This document shows positions 26,810 to 32,000 of a stretch of 32,000 nt of DNA, piece by piece. The notes under the pieces are model-generated. The model was not told the origin of the DNA. It saw only the letters and a program-made list of their open reading frames with translations, and did not search any database. The stretch spans positions 3,870,001-3,902,000 of the forward strand of contig NC_009925.1 in the NCBI RefSeq assembly GCF_000018105.1. Direction: 5' to 3'. The stretch comes from Acaryochloris marina MBIC11017 (GTDB taxonomy: Bacteria; Cyanobacteriota; Cyanobacteriia; Thermosynechococcales; Thermosynechococcaceae). A program made the position numbers and the translations under genes. Each line of letters begins with the position of its first letter. The first letter of the stretch is position 1.

Positions 26810-27106
26810 TTAGGTAGAGCTGGGAGTCGATTCTGCATCGGATCGAGCAATCCAATCCCCATAACGCTGGGCATAAAAGCTCAGAATTTGATCAATTCGC
26901 CCTTGATCGGCAGTCGGCAAATCTTGAGGATGGCGCAGTCTTAACCAACCAATTTGGCTCAGGGAATAATCAAAATGTTCGGCTTCTTGGGGTAACAGCT
27001 CAGTTTCAACACCCTCTACTTGCAGTAAATGGGCAGCAATCTCGCGATAAATCGCTAAGGGCAAACCGGGGCATTGGATATCGTATTCTTTGTAGGTCAC
27101 AGTCAT
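26810..27106 (-). CDS. hypothetical small protein
   Basis: 98-aa ORF, 38 nt downstream of the LuxR-type gene on the same strand. No family recognised. Confidence 0.45.
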   Translation of the reverse strand: MTVTYKEYDIQCPGLPLAIYREIAAHLLQVEGVETELLPQEAEHFDYSLSQIGWLRLRHPQDLPTADQGRIDQILSFYAQRYGDWIARSDAESTPSST

Positions 27107-27144
27107 GCTGTCTTTCGAAACAACCAGGGTAAGGCCAAAATCTT

Positions 27145-27408
27145 TTATGGCTCAGCCTGAGGTAAGGTGCAACAATTTACGTCATCGAGACATACTTTAC
27201 CCCACTGCAAAGCCCACCGAACGAGAGCAACCCGGTTATCCGTGTCCGTTTTAGTGAGGATATTGCTAATGTGGTTGTCCACCGTTCGCTTACTGATATC
27301 TAGCCGCTGAGAAATTTCTTCATTTTTAAGGCCAGAGGCCACGAGTTCAATGACTTGCAACTCCCGTTCAGACAACTGATGATTTCCTTGCAGCTCGCCA
27401 CTACTCAT
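27145..27408 (-). CDS. small LuxR/GerE-type HTH regulator with a C-terminal Cys cluster (PedR-like)
   Basis: 87 aa. LSERELQVIELVASGLKNEEISQRLDISKRTVDNHISNILTKT is a GerE HTH with no receiver or ligand domain. The tail KVCLDDVNCC carries Cys73, Cys79 and Cys80. Confidence 0.75.
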   Translation of the reverse strand: MSSGELQGNHQLSERELQVIELVASGLKNEEISQRLDISKRTVDNHISNILTKTDTDNRVALVRWALQWGKVCLDDVNCCTLPQAEP

Positions 27409-27576
27409 GCTCTGCCGTGTACCCCTGCATAAATACTCATTCTCATCTTCACATTGTAGGGATTAACCTCACAATCTGCAGGTTTGGAACAGATTGTCAT
27501 ATTTAACAACAACTTTATTAAAAGTTTTAGAGGAATAGAACCAGTGCTGACTAGATTTTGATAGAAACAGCACTAC

Positions 27577-29202
27577 TCAGCTCACCATGTTTTGATCCAC
27601 GGCTAAAGGTGCGATCGCACTCAGTTCCAGATCAGGATGATCACCGTGCACTTGGTGCAAGTTCCATTCATTCTTAAACAGTAAAACTGGACGCCCCCAG
27701 CTATCTTTGACGGTGATGGCATTAAAAATGCGCCCCACCGACTCTAAGGCCGACCATCCTCCTTTGACCCACCGGGCAACAGAATAGGGCAATAATTCCA
27801 AACGCGTTTCAACACCATATTCATTTTGGAGTCGGAATTGAACCACTTCAAATTGCAGTTGCCCCACCGCCGCTAAGATCGGGTCCCGCTTAATTTCATC
27901 TTCGGAGTACATAATTTGTACTGCGCCTTCTTCCCGCAACTCAGAAACACCTTTCTGAAATTGCTTGAATTTAGAGGGATTCGGATTTTTTAGGTAGGCA
28001 AACAATTCGGGTGAAAAGCAAGGAATCCCTTCATAGGCCAGTTTCTTTCCCTTAAAAATGGTGTCGCCAATCGCAAAAACTCCCGGATTATTTAAACCAA
28101 TAATATCCCCGGGATAGGCTTCTTCTAGGGAATTACGGCCCTGGGCAAAGAGCTTTTGGGGACGGGAAAGCCGGATTGTTTTACCGGTACGGGCATGGCT
28201 TACGGTCATATCTTTCTCGAATTTGCCCGAACACACCCGGATAAACGCGACCCGATCGCGATGCTTCGGATCCATATTGGCCTGAAGCTTAAACACAAAT
28301 CCTGAGAAATCCTCATAGGTCGGCTCAATGGTGCCTTGGGTACTCTCATAGGCCCCAGGTTTCAGGGCATAGTCAAGAAAAGCTTCCAGAAACAGCTCCA
28401 CCCCGAAGTTGGTCATGGCACTGCCGAAAAAGATGGGGGTCATCTGGCCGTTATGAACTTGCTCCAGATCTAAGGGAGATCCTAATTCCTCAATCAGCTC
28501 TAGCTCATCCTTAAGCTGAAAATAGAGTTCCTGATCCAGCAAAGACTCTATTTGTGGATCGCCTAAATCGATTTGGGTGTCGATGGCCTCTCGTTTGCCA
28601 TGATCGCTGCGCTGAAAGAGGTGGATTTTACGACTGCGCCGATCAAACACCCCTTGAAAACGATCGCCCATGCCAATGGGCCAATTGACCGCATAGGTCT
28701 GCAGCCCCAACTCTTGCTCAATTTCATCCAGGAGTTCTAATGGCTCTCTTCCAGGTCGATCAAGCTTGTTGATAAAGGTAAAAATAGGCAGGGACCGCAA
28801 CTTACAAACCTCAAACAACTTTCGGGTTTGCGGCTCTAAGCCTTTGGCTGCATCTACCAGCATCACTGCATTATCGGCAGCAGCTAAGGTACGGTAGGTA
28901 TCTTCACTAAAATCTTGGTGACCCGGCGTATCTAATAAATTAATTTGGCAGTGCTGATAGGCAAACTGCAACACCGTCGAGGTAATCGAAATTCCCCGCT
29001 GTTGCTCCATTTCCATCCAATCAGACGTCGCATGACGTTGGGCCCGTCTGGCCTTAACTGCCCCTGCTTCATGGATGGCACCTCCGTAAAGCAGTAGTTT
29101 CTCCGTCAAGGTGGTTTTACCAGCATCAGGGTGAGAAATAATCGCAAAGTTGCGGCGCGCTTCTACCGCCTCAGCCAACTCAGTTTGCAGTTCAGTGGGC
29201 AT
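27577..29202 (-). CDS. prfC: peptide chain release factor 3
   Basis: 541 aa with [60 protein letters not shown] and DTPGHQDF. This is the classic RF3 GTPase N-terminus and length. Confidence 0.92.
   Translation of the reverse strand: MPTELQTELAEAVEARRNFAIISHPDAGKTTLTEKLLLYGGAIHEAGAVKARRAQRHATSDWMEMEQQRGISITSTVLQFAYQHCQINLLDTPGHQDFSEDTYRTLAAADNAVMLVDAAKGLEPQTRKLFEVCKLRSLPIFTFINKLDRPGREPLELLDEIEQELGLQTYAVNWPIGMGDRFQGVFDRRSRKIHLFQRSDHGKREAIDTQIDLGDPQIESLLDQELYFQLKDELELIEELGSPLDLEQVHNGQMTPIFFGSAMTNFGVELFLEAFLDYALKPGAYESTQGTIEPTYEDFSGFVFKLQANMDPKHRDRVAFIRVCSGKFEKDMTVSHARTGKTIRLSRPQKLFAQGRNSLEEAYPGDIIGLNNPGVFAIGDTIFKGKKLAYEGIPCFSPELFAYLKNPNPSKFKQFQKGVSELREEGAVQIMYSEDEIKRDPILAAVGQLQFEVVQFRLQNEYGVETRLELLPYSVARWVKGGWSALESVGRIFNAITVKDSWGRPVLLFKNEWNLHQVHGDHPDLELSAIAPLAVDQNMVS
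27611..27618. repeat. HIP1 palindrome GCGATCGC
   Basis: Exact octamer read at these coordinates. Confidence 0.95.
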
Positions 29203-29302
29203 ACAGATGACTAGATTGAGGAGTTTTCAGACACTTTATTATAGGTCAGGAGACTGGTAGCCCTTGTCGATCCGGTCAAAGTAGCAGAATTGACGACCCC
29301 GG

Positions 29303-30523
29303 CTAGACTTTGATCAAGGCTTTAGAGTTTGATTGAGCTTCTAATACTGGCAAAGAGTGTAACTGTTGTTGTTGATCTACCGGTAAAGCGGCGGCTGCTT
29401 TCTGGACTAATGCCAATAACTCTTGATGATGGAATGGTTTCCCTAAACAAGCCATGGCCCCCGAAAGGCGTGTACGAATGACATCACACATGCCTCGTTT
29501 AGGAGCCATGATAATCACGGGCATCTCCCGTAAAGATTCACGCCGATGAACCATCCGACAAAGCTGATAGCCATCTAAATGGGGAAGTTCTGCATCGACT
29601 AACGCCAGAACTGGTGGACGCTTGAGCAAAGCAGGCAATGCTCGAATTGAATCGCTCAAACGCATCACATCATAGCCTGATGGCTCTAAGACCTGAGTCA
29701 CATAGCGCTGAGTCAGCTTACTCTGGTTGATACAGGCCACCCGAGGTCGGGTTAATACCTCACCCAGATGGTAGGGGTTCATCCCCAATGCTCCTAATTT
29801 GATCAGCGGATGAAGTGAAATAGCCAAATCGCCCACTTTGACACTCAAGGTATGGGCCAACTGATACAGAGACTGTTCTTGCTCTAGGGCATGAGTCAAA
29901 TGGTCTAGATGAGGGAGGCTCTCACTAACATAGTCTGCATACTCAGCAAACTTATCAGTATCAACAATATAGGGGCGTGAAAACGGAGATTGAATCTCAG
30001 TGCTGAGCAGTGTCCATTGATTAATCGTCTGCTCCACAGGTAGGACCAAATCCCACAAAGACATGCATAACAAAATAGGGTCAATTTGAATATTGGCCTC
30101 AAATTGATATTGAGCATGGGGAATCGCCAGGGCATGAATCAGTGCCTCTTGGGTCACAGCCATCAGCAAATCCCGCAGCTGATCATGGGAGATATAATCC
30201 GCTTGCCACAGATGGCAGAGAAAAGAGTAATCCGAAATAGGTTCTTGAGGGCGAGACCCTTCGAACTGAGGCATGCAGCGCTGAAGTAAGTAAGATAAGC
30301 GCTCTTGATTGCCAACAATGCTTTCGGCAAAATTTACCCGACCTTGGCTGAAAGATACTCGCCATCCAATCGACAGATCATTGGGATCTCGAATCACCAC
30401 GCGACCCGAAGGATACGCATGAATCAGATCCCTCAGGGTTTCAGCTGTAGATTTTTTAACTCCAGTGTCAAAAGCGGTCATTGCTTTCTTTTTGCCTAAG
30501 TGAAGACAATTGGCTTGAAGCAT
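29303..30523 (-). CDS. PatA-type response regulator (N-terminal PATAN/DUF4388-like domain, C-terminal atypical receiver)
   Basis: The N-terminus SGRVVIRDPNDLSIGWRVSFSQGRVNFAES..ERLSYLL is PATAN-like. The C-terminal receiver is RVACINQS...VLALVDAELPHLDGYQLCRMV...PVIIMAPK...LGKPF. An alternative start is the ATG at 30481. Confidence 0.6.
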   Translation of the reverse strand: MLQANCLHLGKKKAMTAFDTGVKKSTAETLRDLIHAYPSGRVVIRDPNDLSIGWRVSFSQGRVNFAESIVGNQERLSYLLQRCMPQFEGSRPQEPISDYSFLCHLWQADYISHDQLRDLLMAVTQEALIHALAIPHAQYQFEANIQIDPILLCMSLWDLVLPVEQTINQWTLLSTEIQSPFSRPYIVDTDKFAEYADYVSESLPHLDHLTHALEQEQSLYQLAHTLSVKVGDLAISLHPLIKLGALGMNPYHLGEVLTRPRVACINQSKLTQRYVTQVLEPSGYDVMRLSDSIRALPALLKRPPVLALVDAELPHLDGYQLCRMVHRRESLREMPVIIMAPKRGMCDVIRTRLSGAMACLGKPFHHQELLALVQKAAAALPVDQQQQLHSLPVLEAQSNSKALIKV

Positions 30524-30548
30524 CTTTCATTCCCCCCGATAACTTAGT

Positions 30549-30569
30549 CTTGCTTGAACATCAAGCAAG
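30549..30569 (-). repeat. perfect 9-bp inverted repeat (hairpin, 3-nt loop) just upstream of the PatA-type gene
   Basis: CTTGCTTGA-ACA-TCAAGCAAG, 26 nt upstream of the 30523 start. Its function is unknown; it could be an operator or a 5' leader structure. Confidence 0.4.
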
Positions 30570-31015
30570 TTGAAGATGCTGCTATAGGTCGAAGACCCAA
30601 GCTTTGGGCTAATACACAGCATTAGAAATGGTGGTCATATGCTGCTGAAGGCTAAAGAATTTCTTAATGCCCTCAAACATAGTAAGCCCCGAGATGACCT
30701 CAGTATTATCACTGATCATACTTCAAAGTTAAAAAGAGCCCATGTGAGACTCTCTTTAAAATGGTTACAACTCTTACTGTGTATAAATTATAAGTAACAT
30801 CAGAAATCTTTAATTAATCTTCCACAAGATAAAAATATCCTCTTATAGATTAATCATTCTCCGTAGAAATACGGGGTTTTATCCAACTCAAAACAAGAGT
30901 TGCCAAACTAAAAGTTGGTCCAAGCACTAACAGCATTCATGGGCCACTGTAGCGATAAAATATGTTCCCTATCTGTGCTTTACGCAACAAACAGGGAGTC
31001 ATGTTGAAGCCATCG

Positions 31016-31777
31016 CTAATAGTAATAAGGATTATCTGGTTCAGGGATAGATTTGAGGGTCTGGGCTTGAATAACAAGTTGGCGTTGACCATTGAGGGTC
31101 TCCGTCGCCATTTCGCCTTGTATCGCCAGCCAGGAATCCACTGCGTAGTTTTGGCGGCTTTTCTCTAACTTCACTGGCAAACCCACAGGATAAGCATCTG
31201 CAGCACAACAACTAATCACAAAACGCGTCAAGGTGAAGTAGTTATCGGACAAGTCTTCTGGATAAACGACAAAGCCATCCACATTCACCTTTTGCCCAGC
31301 ATAGGCATCGGGTTCTGGATACACATCCAGGGTGCGAATCCACTCCAATAATGTCCGACGCTCGGGTTGGCTGGTGGTTCGGAAGGCTTGAGGGCTCACC
31401 CGAGTCACCATCGTTTTATCTTGTAAGCCCCGCTGAATGGCTGTTTGGCTGGTGAAAGGACGGGGGGTAATCAGTAATCCAATTAGGGCAGCAACAAGCA
31501 TAATTCCGCTCATCACGGGAGGGGATAGTAAAGACAGGTGCTGAGACCGCATAGGAACTCGCCGACGCCAAAGCTTTAAGACCTGAAGACTCGTTAACAT
31601 CAGCAAAAAACAGCCTGCTGCCAGGGTCAAGCCATAGTAGTTGGGATGAATGAGTAGCCCCAATTTGCCAGACTGCCAATATTGCAGAATTAAAATACCC
31701 CATAGGCAGAGGGCCAAAGTGGCCAATCCTTCGGATAGGTAAGGGAGCAGTCTAGTGCGTATACGTTTTGCTGTCAT
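31016..31777 (-). CDS. TIGR03943/DUF1980-family membrane protein (putative permease-complex subunit)
   Basis: 253 aa with three N-terminal hydrophobic helices and a C-terminal domain carrying the family's FVISCCAADAYPVGLPV (CCxxD) motif. It lies 11 nt downstream of a COG0701-type permease gene. Confidence 0.7.
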   Translation of the reverse strand: MTAKRIRTRLLPYLSEGLATLALCLWGILILQYWQSGKLGLLIHPNYYGLTLAAGCFLLMLTSLQVLKLWRRRVPMRSQHLSLLSPPVMSGIMLVAALIGLLITPRPFTSQTAIQRGLQDKTMVTRVSPQAFRTTSQPERRTLLEWIRTLDVYPEPDAYAGQKVNVDGFVVYPEDLSDNYFTLTRFVISCCAADAYPVGLPVKLEKSRQNYAVDSWLAIQGEMATETLNGQRQLVIQAQTLKSIPEPDNPYYY

Positions 31778-31788
31778 AGAGCCTGTCT

Positions 31789-32000
31789 CTAACTAATCCA
31801 CAGATTAATGATCAGGGTAAACACCAAGGTGAGTTGAAAGACCATGGCAAAGATGTAAAAAACAGCCCGGGGTTTAAAGACCATTAATAATAAGCCCATA
31901 CTTTTCAGGTCAAACATGGGGCCGAAAACGAGAAAGGCGAGGAGAGCACCACTGGTAAAGGTAGAGGCGAACGAAAGGGCAAAAAATGCATCTACAGTCG
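31789..32000 (-). CDS. permease (COG0701/UPF0718-like), C-terminal fragment; 5' end outside window
   Basis: The minus-strand frame reads [69 protein letters not shown], with TAG at 31789-31791. The usual partner gene of TIGR03943 proteins is of this type. Confidence 0.6.
   Translation of the reverse strand, partial: TVDAFFALSFASTFTSGALLAFLVFGPMFDLKSMGLLLMVFKPRAVFYIFAMVFQLTLVFTLIINLWIS

Noticed and set aside
27540-27576. 7-bp inverted repeat (AGTGCTG...CAGCACT) after the prfC stop, as a terminator
   Set aside because: The loop is long (about 17 nt) and no U-tract follows on the minus strand. The support is insufficient.
30962-31168. 68-aa plus-strand ORF at the 3' end of the TIGR03943 gene
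   Set aside because: It overlaps the well-supported minus-strand gene and has no recognisable features.

Overview
The window looks like a cyanobacterial chromosome segment. Evidence: 12 perfect HIP1 octamers (GCGATCGC), a phylloquinone menG, a Tab2-family gene, PatA-type and PedR-like regulators, and a giant NB-ARC/WD40 protein with the YEGMDITG...GLT tail. I count about 30 protein-coding genes, mostly on the minus strand. I saw no rRNA, tRNA or CRISPR array by eye.

The backbone is conserved or housekeeping: moaB, menG, prfC, fused 5-oxoprolinase, N-acylglucosamine 2-epimerase, a CPA1 Na+/H+ antiporter, two HAD hydrolases, a tandem SagB-type dehydrogenase, and a TIGR03943 plus permease pair.

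Three patches look accessory:
- 3.5-9.5 kb: an IS630-family element with an A9 frameshift site, a 1207-aa HTH-NB-ARC-pentapeptide-14xWD40 STAND NTPase, a decayed aldo/keto reductase pseudogene, and a secreted retropepsin-like protease.
- 14.2-16.8 kb: a convergent pair of orphan genes, one a very basic secreted protein and one a very acidic cytoplasmic protein, the latter in visibly AT-richer DNA.
- 20.5-22.8 kb: a divergent AT-richer pair, one DUF3616-like and one DegT-like.

Residue-level oddities:
- a beta-CASP/MBL protein with Gln or no His at metal-ligand positions;
- a PatA-type regulator lacking the acidic pocket and the conserved Thr;
- a HAD protein with DxN instead of DxD.

I cannot demonstrate a complete multi-gene novel system from sequence alone. 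The STAND locus and the basic/acidic orphan pair are the best candidates, and both are flagged as inference.
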